A stretch of 64,000 nt of DNA from an uncultured Bdellovibrio sp. (GTDB lineage Bacteria; Bdellovibrionota; Bdellovibrionia; Bdellovibrionales; Bdellovibrionaceae), in contig CAWVRN010000007.1 of assembly GCA_963932905.1 (NCBI GenBank), positions 69,955 to 133,954 on the forward strand. The letters are read 5' to 3'. A program made the translations under genes and the position numbers. This document shows, one piece after another, positions 30,205 to 39,290 of the stretch; position 1 is the first letter of the stretch, and the number at the start of each line of letters is the position of its first letter. The notes under the pieces were generated by a model. That model saw only the letters and a program-made list of their open reading frames with translations. It was not told where the DNA came from and did no database searches.

Positions 30205-31419
30205 TTATTTCTTAACGTAGATACCGATTAATTTTCGGTCCTCACTGACCAGCCCTGTTCCCGTTCTTGCGTTCAGGCTGTAGTAGTCACTGACGTAGCC
30301 ACCCTTACCCACATCTTCGGTTTTGATTTCGATATGACCAGCATCGGGCGCTAAAATACTTTTATCTTTGGCATCATTCAATGATCGCGACAATCTGGTG
30401 ATCGGATTAGGTTCGTATACTAAAAGCGCACCTTTTGGGGCTTGTGACGGATCTTTGATTTTACCAACTAGGTCCGGGTCTTCCATAATGTTAACAAAAC
30501 CCTCTGCCTTAAGCTTATCGCCAGCATTTCGAGGTAAAACACCCTCTAACCGTTTCGATGTCAACTTAGCATGATCTAAAGCATTTTTAACGTAACGATA
30601 ACACCATTTCAATAGGGACTGTTTGTATTCTTGATCGCTACGTCTGTTTTTTTTCGCAAACTCGATCATTTTAGCTGTTTGTTTGTCTTTAGAATACTTC
30701 TCGTATTTTGACTGAATAAAGGCATTCACGGTGTCGCGTTCTAATTTGGCGGCAACATTATCCTTCTTATGATCACAGAACAAACACACGCCTGATTCTG
30801 TGTTTTGTTTCACTGCCCAATTGTCTGAACCGTCATAATCTGACGACAATCTCGGTGAAACTACCTCATCTTCTTGAACAACAACGGACTCTTTTTCAAC
30901 AGCGTCCTGCAATGTCTTAGCAGCAATTTTGACTTTCTTTTCAACTTCGCCTTCTTTTTTCACGCGCACTTCAATCATTTCACGTTGCGCTTTCGAAGCT
31001 TCCTGTTCTTCAAATTGTTCCATCGCGCGCTCTTGCATTTTCAATTGGATCAATTCCATCAAAGCCGATTTAATTCGAACTTCTTCCGGATTTTCCATTG
31101 TCATGGTTTCCAATTTTCCATTTCTAGAAAATAGACTCTCTGTTTCCATTGTGCGCTTAAAGCTTTCGTAAATTTGATCCAAATTAGTCGGCAGAATAAT
31201 TTGGCTTCCGGCGGCTATTGAAATGGGCTGATTGACAGAATTAACTCCAGACATCGGCTGACGAGTGTACATCGAGATATCGACAGGCTCTGATTTAAAC
31301 GGAACAAGAATATCCATAATGGAAGCTTTTGCTTTCTCGATGTCTGCAGGAAAATAGGCGGCATTGTTCGCCAATGCCGTCAAAAATAGAAATGGGATGA
31401 TTAAAACAAACTTCTTCAT
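30205..31419 (-). CDS. Secreted protein with a C-terminal CHAP/NlpC-like Cys-His domain (putative peptidoglycan amidase)
   Basis: Signal peptide; WCYRYVKNAL, APKGALLVY, AGHIEIK, YVSDY; coiled-coil linker. Confidence 0.6.
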   Translation of the reverse strand: MKKFVLIIPFLFLTALANNAAYFPADIEKAKASIMDILVPFKSEPVDISMYTRQPMSGVNSVNQPISIAAGSQIILPTNLDQIYESFKRTMETESLFSRNGKLETMTMENPEEVRIKSALMELIQLKMQERAMEQFEEQEASKAQREMIEVRVKKEGEVEKKVKIAAKTLQDAVEKESVVVQEDEVVSPRLSSDYDGSDNWAVKQNTESGVCLFCDHKKDNVAAKLERDTVNAFIQSKYEKYSKDKQTAKMIEFAKKNRRSDQEYKQSLLKWCYRYVKNALDHAKLTSKRLEGVLPRNAGDKLKAEGFVNIMEDPDLVGKIKDPSQAPKGALLVYEPNPITRLSRSLNDAKDKSILAPDAGHIEIKTEDVGKGGYVSDYYSLNARTGTGLVSEDRKLIGIYVKK

Positions 31420-31606
31420 ATAGATAGTAGATATCAAACCCGATACCAAATCGACTGTCTCGTGCTGAAACACTCAGCACTTCAGGTCTTTTAGGACCAT
31501 TTTTAGATCATTTATGGGCTCTCTGATTTCAGAGTATTTATTTTTAGACAATCGTCTAGTAGTTCTTCACTGGAAACCTGCCCCAGGTAATTGCTATACT
31601 AAATCT

Positions 31607-31765
31607 ATGTCATTATTCTTTAGAGTTTTATTCAGCGTTATTGCGATCACAATGCCTCTATTCTTTATCAACTGTTCAACTACTAACGATTCAATCGCTG
31701 CTACCGAGACAGCGCCTAAAACTGAAATTGCGACGCCGGCCATTCAGCCAGAAAAAAACAACTAA
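31607..31765 (+). CDS. Small lipoprotein-like peptide (52 aa)
   Basis: Hydrophobic signal ending FFINC followed by STT. Confidence 0.45.
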   Translation: MSLFFRVLFSVIAITMPLFFINCSTTNDSIAATETAPKTEIATPAIQPEKNN

Positions 31766-32182
31766 GAATCATATCGACTATTGCGCAATTTGTTCTTGAG
31801 CGCCGTGATACTTATAGTTTGTCCAATCAACTAACCAGTACTTGATCAATCCGCTCAAACAAAGATGCCAACTGGCAAGAAAGGATCATTAGGTAATAAT
31901 CCATAACATCTAACTAAACTTGTTCTATTTATCGAAGATAAGAATCTTCTTTTTTCAATCGAACATTTGAAAGTATATTTCAAATAATTTAATTATATTT
32001 GTTCTGCCTATCATTTTTTAAAATTACCAAGCGATGCAAACTATTTTAGTTTTAAATCACTTATTAATTTTCGCAAAATCTAAACCTGAACGATTGTTAT
32101 TAAACTACTACCTAATGATTTAATGACTCTTTCTTTAATTGCTTGAAACTTTTATCAAGTAGTTATTGAAAGAGATGTTTTA

Positions 32183-32347
32183 TTATTTACTTTGAATATT
32201 TTGCTTTCTATCAGATTGTTGAGATCCCAGGTTTGAGGACTTATCAAAGTTTTTTGAACTTTGATTTCCTTTTTGAAACTGTCCTGGTTGCTCTTGATCT
32301 TGAGTTTTTCTTTGACCGCTTTGATTCTGCTGATTGTTTTGAGCCAT
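32183..32347 (-). CDS. 54-aa Gln/Asn/Ser-rich hydrophilic small protein; not in the ORF track
   Basis: AAGGAGG RBS 4 nt before ATG; MAQNNQQNQSGQRKTQDQEQPGQFQKG...QNIQSK*. Confidence 0.75.
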   Translation of the reverse strand: MAQNNQQNQSGQRKTQDQEQPGQFQKGNQSSKNFDKSSNLGSQQSDRKQNIQSK

Positions 32348-32511
32348 TGCTCCTCCTTGTTTGTTAACTTAGTCGATTGCAATGGCGACGCCAGATCTTT
32401 ACCGTGCAAAATTTCGAGTTCAACACACGATAAAAGAAAAATGGTTCCTAAGTTCCCCGTTTATGGTGGACGACTTCCACCGTTAATCAGCAAATGGGGT
32501 TAAATGACAAA

Positions 32512-32895
32512 CTAGTCTTGTTTTCTGATTTGAAATGCTTTGCGACACTTAGCTGTTATGTTTCCCGTGATAGTCGACACTTCCATTAACTTTGTTCTTT
32601 GATCAAACGTGATTTCGACTCGATCTTTAAAATCACGTTCGACCGAATTTAATTTAATTTTCAGACTACGCGATTGCAATTGTTCAAGCATCTTGGCCGA
32701 ACTTACAAAAACATATGGATTTTGATCGATAAGAAATGCTACGACTTGGCTAGGACGCTGTTCTAATATAGCCACCGTGCAGCTTTGATTGCCGGCACCT
32801 TGGCCTCGATAAACACCAAATACAGGGTTTCGATCTGCTTCCGCTAATAAAATTTGTGTTAAGAATAATATTGAAAAAGCTGCGACTGCCTTCAT
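32512..32895 (-). CDS. Small secreted hypothetical protein
   Basis: Signal peptide; GGAGG upstream; two Cys. Confidence 0.7.
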   Translation of the reverse strand: MKAVAAFSILFLTQILLAEADRNPVFGVYRGQGAGNQSCTVAILEQRPSQVVAFLIDQNPYVFVSSAKMLEQLQSRSLKIKLNSVERDFKDRVEITFDQRTKLMEVSTITGNITAKCRKAFQIRKQD

Positions 32896-33081
32896 AGTTC
32901 ATCCCCCTCCGCGTCCTAAATTTCTAAGAGACCTCATAGTAAAATTAAACAAAAGCTCGTTCAAGCAGAATAAGAACGTCCTGTGCCAAAAAAACCCCAT
33001 TTTTTCGAGGTTTTGTTCATTGAAATATTTGATCTTGCCTTGGTTAAAAATATGCATGAAAAACACTCTACGGAGATCCTT

Positions 33082-33762
33082 ATGAAAACAACTGCTCAAG
33101 CGTTTTTATTCAGCTTAACCCTACTTATGATGCCTAACTTAAGCAGTGCTCGTCCAATGACAGATACAGAACGAACACAATTAAAGACTCAATTGGATAC
33201 TATCTTAAAAAACAATCAGGATGAATGCTACATTAACATTTCAAACGTAAACAAAGTCGATGTCCTAGCGCAAAATTCACAAAAGAAAAAAACCTACATC
33301 GAAAAGACAACTAAGGATTCTTATATAAGCGGTCGTCTAACAAGTACATTAAATTTAAATGCTACCGACGCTATGTTACCAGAAGGTAATATTTCAAATG
33401 ACAGTCCAAATAGCTTCACCGTCAGTTATATTCGTCCGGTGGATTTAGATGTCGTTGAAATTAAATACGATGAAATCCAAACACAGAATTTTGCGCAAGG
33501 GACCGTTGTTCATTATTTCGACTTAGTTAACACGCAACCTGTTTGGAAATACTCCACATTAGATTTACAGAACGGCGAATTGAAAAAAGCCCATGTGCGC
33601 TGTAAATCTAAAGGCGAATCCGGTTTTGAATCGGCTAAAGCCGCTGCAACACCAATCAAGTCAGGCTCTTTTATGTTTCTTGATCTTGAACTGATGGCAC
33701 CTGAAAAATACTGCCTTACTGAATGCACGGAACCGTTAGCATTCTCGACGTCTACTTATTAA
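33082..33762 (+). CDS. Secreted hypothetical protein
   Basis: GGAG RBS before MKTTAQ; signal peptide ending SSA. Confidence 0.75.
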   Translation: MKTTAQAFLFSLTLLMMPNLSSARPMTDTERTQLKTQLDTILKNNQDECYINISNVNKVDVLAQNSQKKKTYIEKTTKDSYISGRLTSTLNLNATDAMLPEGNISNDSPNSFTVSYIRPVDLDVVEIKYDEIQTQNFAQGTVVHYFDLVNTQPVWKYSTLDLQNGELKKAHVRCKSKGESGFESAKAAATPIKSGSFMFLDLELMAPEKYCLTECTEPLAFSTSTY

Positions 33763-35995
33763 GAAGACGTCGTTCAAAAAAGTCTGTGATTGTTGTGTTG
33801 ACGTGAATTTGATTTTCTTTTCCATACACGCCGTGCTTAGCACCTGGGTACGTCACAGATTCGTATAGTTTTCCTGCCGATTGTAATTTTTTAAATAACA
33901 ACGTCGAGTTGGTGAACAATACGTTATCGTCCGCCATTCCATGGATAACTAACAGATTACTTTTCAAGTTACCAATTAGGGGCAACGTACTGGCTCGTTT
34001 ATAAACATCTTGTTGTTCCTGCGGTTTACCTAAATATCGTTCTGTGTAGTGCGTGTCGTACAACGCAAAATCCGTAACGGGCGCACCCGATACTAAGGCT
34101 TTAAAAACATCCGGCGCCTTAACTCCCAAACTTAGAGCTAGATAACCGCCATAACTCCAACCCGAAAATCCCACGCGGTCACCGTCGATAAATCCTTTGC
34201 TAATGAGATGCTTCACACCAGCCACCTGATCTTCAACTTCCACGGTACCAAATGCGTTTTTTAAATACGCCTCAAACTTCTTACCTCGACGAGCCGATCC
34301 GCGATTATCAAATGATGCTACAACAAATCCTTTTTGAAGAAATATCTGCGCCATCAAACCACGTTTGCTTGGCCAAGCTCGGGTCACTACTTGTGCCGTT
34401 GGTCCTCCATACCCCATCACAATCAGAGGATATTTTTTCTTTGCATCAAATCCTGACGGCTTAAACAACGAAAAATGAATTGTATCACCTGTGACACTTT
34501 TAAAAGTACCGAACTCTGGGGCGATCAACGTTTGCTTGAACGGAAACAGCGGATGTCCTTCCACGACTTCATTCGCATTTAATGTCGAAATCAACTCGCC
34601 ACTTCCTTTATTTAGAAAAACTTGAGTCGGCGTTAATGACGATGATTTAAAATCAACAAAAACATCGCCTTTTTCGCTCATTACGGCGTTATGCCAAAAC
34701 CCTGTTTCAGTGAGCAGTTGTGGCTCTGCCGGATTCTCTAAACTGACACGATACAAATTGCGATCAATGGGCGAGGGTAACCCGGCCAGAAAATACACCC
34801 AACCTTGTTCTTCGTCGACGCCAACCACCGAATCAACTCCCCACTCACCTTGAGTCAGTGGACGAATTAACGTGCCATCATTTTTATACAAATATAGATG
34901 CTCAAACCCTGAACGATCAGACGACCAAATAAATCGGGATGATTTTTTTAACATTTTTCCCGGAGTTAAAAGATTTACCCAGTTACTATCCGTTTCGGTA
35001 AACAATAAAATATTTTTTTTTGTATTTGGATCGTAAGAAAAAATATCCAGTCTTTTTTGGTCACGAGATTGAACTTGATAGATAAGTTTACGATCAGAGT
35101 TCCATCTAGCATTAGCCAAATAGATATCTTTGTTCTTTCCCAATGAAATCCACTCTAATTTTGGTTTTCCAGCTAAGACATCTAATGTTTTAACTACCGC
35201 CAATTGAACTTCTGCGTTGGCGGAACCAGCTTCGGGATAACGTTCTTTGTGAACCACGACTTTATCTGCATCGATATCGTAGCGATCAATTAGCTTAACT
35301 TTGCTTTCATCTGTTTTAGTCAACGCTAAGTATTGTTCATCATTAGACCACCAGTACCCGGTAAATCGTCCCATTTCTTCTTGGGCGATGAATTCCGCCA
35401 CGCCAAAGGCCACCGCACCTTTACCCGCCGTTGTAACTGGGTATTTTTTGTTTGTCTTTGCATCGATAATAAAAAGATTCTGATTTTGAATAAATGAAAC
35501 AAAGCCATCTTTAGGTGAAAAACGAACATCGGTTGCATTTGTTCTCCCCTTCGTTAACGGGCTTAATTTTTTATCTTCGACGTTATATAAATATAGTTCT
35601 CCCGAAGCAGGAAATACCAATTTCTGCCCATTGTTAGACCAATAGTATTCGACAATACCTTTTTGACTGATACGTTGACGTTCACGCCGTGCCTTTTCTT
35701 CTTCCGACAACTCGCCAAATTTTAATGAATTGGAATCCACCAACAAACGGGGCTGACCGGTTTTTATATCGTACTCCCACAAATCCAAAACTTCGTAGTT
35801 TTCTGTTTTAGGTTTTAAAAAGGAAAGTCGACCGCCGTCAGGAGAAAATTGAAGTTTTATAACCGACGATCCATCGAGTTCCGGACTCTGAAATAATCTC
35901 TCGACAGTTAATTTTTGATTGATATCCGCAGCCAGGGCGGCAGATAAAACAGATGATAACCCAAGAATAAATGCGATAAATATAGATATTTGCAT
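33752..35995 (-). CDS. Dipeptidyl peptidase IV (S9B)
   Basis: AEFIAQEEM, GWSYGG, HGMADDNV, AKH catalytic motifs; signal peptide. Confidence 0.95.
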   Translation of the reverse strand: MQISIFIAFILGLSSVLSAALAADINQKLTVERLFQSPELDGSSVIKLQFSPDGGRLSFLKPKTENYEVLDLWEYDIKTGQPRLLVDSNSLKFGELSEEEKARRERQRISQKGIVEYYWSNNGQKLVFPASGELYLYNVEDKKLSPLTKGRTNATDVRFSPKDGFVSFIQNQNLFIIDAKTNKKYPVTTAGKGAVAFGVAEFIAQEEMGRFTGYWWSNDEQYLALTKTDESKVKLIDRYDIDADKVVVHKERYPEAGSANAEVQLAVVKTLDVLAGKPKLEWISLGKNKDIYLANARWNSDRKLIYQVQSRDQKRLDIFSYDPNTKKNILLFTETDSNWVNLLTPGKMLKKSSRFIWSSDRSGFEHLYLYKNDGTLIRPLTQGEWGVDSVVGVDEEQGWVYFLAGLPSPIDRNLYRVSLENPAEPQLLTETGFWHNAVMSEKGDVFVDFKSSSLTPTQVFLNKGSGELISTLNANEVVEGHPLFPFKQTLIAPEFGTFKSVTGDTIHFSLFKPSGFDAKKKYPLIVMGYGGPTAQVVTRAWPSKRGLMAQIFLQKGFVVASFDNRGSARRGKKFEAYLKNAFGTVEVEDQVAGVKHLISKGFIDGDRVGFSGWSYGGYLALSLGVKAPDVFKALVSGAPVTDFALYDTHYTERYLGKPQEQQDVYKRASTLPLIGNLKSNLLVIHGMADDNVLFTNSTLLFKKLQSAGKLYESVTYPGAKHGVYGKENQIHVNTTITDFFERRLLNK

Positions 35996-36035
35996 TTACA
36001 ATTTATCGCATTTGAAAAGTGGCCCGGTCAAGGCC

Positions 36036-39000
36036 CTACGTAGACGTCGGGATATTCGATGCCGCGGAATCTGATGTTTTATCGTCGTCATCGTGGCTGA
36101 CAAGACCGCCAAATTTACGATTACCCCATAACCGCAGTCGTTCGATATAACCATACGCTGCTGGAACAACGACAAGAGTTAAAAGTGTTGAACTGATCAG
36201 TCCACCGATGATCGCCACACCCATGCTGGTACGCTGTTTAGAAGCTTCATTTAAACCAATCGCTACCGGTAACATACCCGCAATCAACGCAAAGCTTGTC
36301 ATCAAGATGGGTCGAAGGCGATTTTTACCCGCTTTCAAAATCGCATCATTTAGGCTCAAACCACCTTGGATAGACTGGTTCACGTAGTCGACCAAAATAA
36401 TCGAGTTCTTCGTTGCAATACCAAGTAACATCACACAACCAATCATAGAAAATAAATCCAATGAACTTTGTGTAATCCATAATGCATAGAAGGCACCGCA
36501 TGCTGCAAGCGGAAGGACCAACATGATTGTGAATGGAATGATGAATGATTCATAGAGTGACGCTAGAACCATATAAATAAACATGATCCCAAGGCCCATT
36601 GCAATAACGATATTAATCATTAACTCTTGGAAATTTTCGGCTTGCCCCACAAACTTATAGCGCATACCTGCTGGAAGTGGATGATCCACATCGAGCATCT
36701 TTTTAACGTCGGCAATAGCGCCGCCCATACCAGGCCCTTTTGGATTGATATCAGCTGTGATCTGTATGTAACGAATACGATCCTGACGATTGATCGTCGT
36801 TGGACCTTTGGCTTCCTTTACGTCAGCAAACAAACGCAAATATGTCAGACGCTGATTCATTGCTGGAATTCGAAGTGTTCCAATGGTTTCACGAATATCA
36901 CGCTGTTGTTCTTTCAAACGAATACGAACATCATATTCACGACCATTTTCACGAAATACTGCTGGAGTCACTCCTTCTACAAGCGCACGTAATTCTGAAC
37001 CTACTTGCGTATTTAAAACTCCGACTTGGGCGGCTTTGATGGGATCGATGTCGACCTGAATTTCAGGTTTACCCGGACGGAAACTAGTGTCCACATCCAA
37101 TAGCGCCGGATGAACTTTTAATTTATCCATCACGAATTTAGCTTCTTTTTCCAACAGGGCTTGGTCCGTACCAACAATATTCAAAGTGAACGGACGTTGA
37201 TTACCACCCGATCTATCCTGGTCTTTCACTACCGGATTTGCATACGCAAACGGTTTTAGTTTTTCACGCAAGAACGCTTTAAATTCACTGGTATTCATTT
37301 TACGCTGTTTTGACGGAACCATCTCTACGAACATGCTGGCTTTGTTCGATTCACCGTTCGCATTGCCCACCGTCAATACCGTTTGAGTGATTTCTTTTTG
37401 ATCACGTAAAAGTTGATCAACTTCTTTCGACACTTGGTCCATTTTTTCTAAACTAGTACCTGGAGGTAAATCCAAGTTGACCATGAACTCGCCATTATCT
37501 TGCGCCGGTAAAAACGTCTTAGGAATGTACTTCGTAATAAACAACGAAAATATGAAGATACCCAAAGCCGAAAACAAGATTAGCTTTGGACGCCCCATAG
37601 AAATTTTTAAGATTTTAACGTACACATCTTCAAGCCAAGTTTGAAAGATATCGAACTTTTTAAGTCCCCGTTCCATCAATGCCAAGATTTTATTAGACGA
37701 CAATTTTTTGTGCGTGATCGATTCATGACCTTTACCTGCAAAGTAGGCAGACATCATGGGCGCCATCGTGATGGCATCAACTAAGGAAATCATCATCGCA
37801 AAACAAATCGTCAGACCGAATTCTTTAAAGAACTGACCGACTACACCTTGTAAAAAACCGATAGGACCAAAAACAGCAATAACGGTCATTGTTGTAGCGA
37901 TAACGGCTAGAAGAACTTCTTTGGTTCCTTCCAAAGCCGCACGACGTGCCGATTTACCCATTTCAATATGACGGAAAATATTTTCCCGCACCACAATCGC
38001 ATCATCCACCAAAAGCCCAACCGCTAACGACAACGCTAGAAGCGACATGATGTTGATCGAAAATCCTGCAATCGCCATTAAGATAAAGGCACCTAACAAT
38101 GAATTTGGCAATGCCAATGATGTAATGAAGGTGGAACGAATCGACGCTAGGAAAAAGAAAACCACAATGATCGTAAGAACAATACCGATGATGATGGTTT
38201 CATTAACATCTGCCACATTGGCGCGAATTGGTTTCGCACCATCTTGAACCAAATGCAGAACCCCTTGGCCTTTAATTTCGGCGTTGATGATATCGATACG
38301 TTTTTTAATCGCATCTGCAACAGCCACCGTATTTGATCCCGATTGACGGTATACATTCAGCAACACACCCGCTTTGCCATTGACGTAGGTACGCGATGTT
38401 TCATCAACTAATGTGTCTACGACTTCGGCCACTTCCTTGATTTTTACGGGATGTTCAAAATTTTGGAAATTAATAGGGACTTCTTTGATTTCTTGAACCG
38501 ACTTATACTCACCTAGCGTACGAATAACATTCGTAGTATCACCGCGATCCAATTTACCTGCTGGTGTATTCTTTCCCGTTGTTCCTAAACTTGTGCGAAT
38601 CGATGACGCTGAAATTTCATGTTCAGAAATTTTTCTTAAATCGAGTTCAACACGGATTTCGCGTTTTCGACCACCTAGGATTTCCACCATACCAACTTGA
38701 TCGACTTGTTCCACGCGCGGCTTAACCACTTGGTCAGCTAAGTCAAATAATTGCGCTGGTGGCAGGGTCGACTCCAAAGCAATCGATAGAATCGGCTGAT
38801 CGGCCGGATCAACACGACGGATGATTGGTTCTTCCACGTCTTCGGGAAGTTTATTTCTAACTTTGGCTACGCGGTCGCGCACTTGTTGTTCGGCGTATTT
38901 AATATCAATCGCCAAGCTGAATTCAACAATGACGATACTCACACCCTCTTGAGAGATAGAACTTAATGTCTTGATACCTGATACCGAGGCTAATTCATCC

Positions 39001-39197
39001 TCGATCGGCTTCGTTACTAATGTTTCGATCTCGCTAGGACCGGCACCTGCGTATGTTGTATTCACAGCAACAATCGGGAACGTAACATTCGGAAATAGGT
39101 CTACTGATAAACTTTTTAAAGATATAAATCCTGCAATCATAATCAATACGAACAAGCAGGTAATAAACACAGGACGTTTAATCGACAATTCAACCAT
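36036..39197 (-). CDS. RND efflux transporter permease (AcrB/AcrD/AcrF family)
   Basis: SIKRPV, GLLVDDAIVVRENI, KNSIILVD, RLRPILMT. Confidence 0.95.
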   Translation of the reverse strand: MVELSIKRPVFITCLFVLIMIAGFISLKSLSVDLFPNVTFPIVAVNTTYAGAGPSEIETLVTKPIEDELASVSGIKTLSSISQEGVSIVIVEFSLAIDIKYAEQQVRDRVAKVRNKLPEDVEEPIIRRVDPADQPILSIALESTLPPAQLFDLADQVVKPRVEQVDQVGMVEILGGRKREIRVELDLRKISEHEISASSIRTSLGTTGKNTPAGKLDRGDTTNVIRTLGEYKSVQEIKEVPINFQNFEHPVKIKEVAEVVDTLVDETSRTYVNGKAGVLLNVYRQSGSNTVAVADAIKKRIDIINAEIKGQGVLHLVQDGAKPIRANVADVNETIIIGIVLTIIVVFFFLASIRSTFITSLALPNSLLGAFILMAIAGFSINIMSLLALSLAVGLLVDDAIVVRENIFRHIEMGKSARRAALEGTKEVLLAVIATTMTVIAVFGPIGFLQGVVGQFFKEFGLTICFAMMISLVDAITMAPMMSAYFAGKGHESITHKKLSSNKILALMERGLKKFDIFQTWLEDVYVKILKISMGRPKLILFSALGIFIFSLFITKYIPKTFLPAQDNGEFMVNLDLPPGTSLEKMDQVSKEVDQLLRDQKEITQTVLTVGNANGESNKASMFVEMVPSKQRKMNTSEFKAFLREKLKPFAYANPVVKDQDRSGGNQRPFTLNIVGTDQALLEKEAKFVMDKLKVHPALLDVDTSFRPGKPEIQVDIDPIKAAQVGVLNTQVGSELRALVEGVTPAVFRENGREYDVRIRLKEQQRDIRETIGTLRIPAMNQRLTYLRLFADVKEAKGPTTINRQDRIRYIQITADINPKGPGMGGAIADVKKMLDVDHPLPAGMRYKFVGQAENFQELMINIVIAMGLGIMFIYMVLASLYESFIIPFTIMLVLPLAACGAFYALWITQSSLDLFSMIGCVMLLGIATKNSIILVDYVNQSIQGGLSLNDAILKAGKNRLRPILMTSFALIAGMLPVAIGLNEASKQRTSMGVAIIGGLISSTLLTLVVVPAAYGYIERLRLWGNRKFGGLVSHDDDDKTSDSAASNIPTST

Positions 39198-39216
39198 TTG
39201 AGAGCTCCGCTAACAT

Positions 39217-39275
39217 AAAAAAGCAGTCATGATGACCGCTTAGTAAATTAGCCATCTTGGGTAAAGATGGCTAAT
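39217..39275 (-). terminator. Two hairpins between the repeat lipoprotein and the RND gene; the second is a rho-independent terminator candidate
   Basis: Perfect 12-bp stem ATTAGCCATCTT/AAGATGGCTAAT (39247-39275); minus-strand AAGCGGTCA-TCA-TGACTGCTT followed by TTTT. Confidence 0.6.
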
Positions 39276-39290
39276 CTTAAAAAAATGAAA

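Noticed and set aside
30006..30220. GGAG plus a 16-codon ORF followed by an open shifted frame (possible pseudogene)
   Set aside because: No recognisable homology; expected by chance
32155..32503. ORF-track calls 32155-32409 and 32261-32503
   Set aside because: The frame at 32183-32347 has a far better RBS and coherent composition
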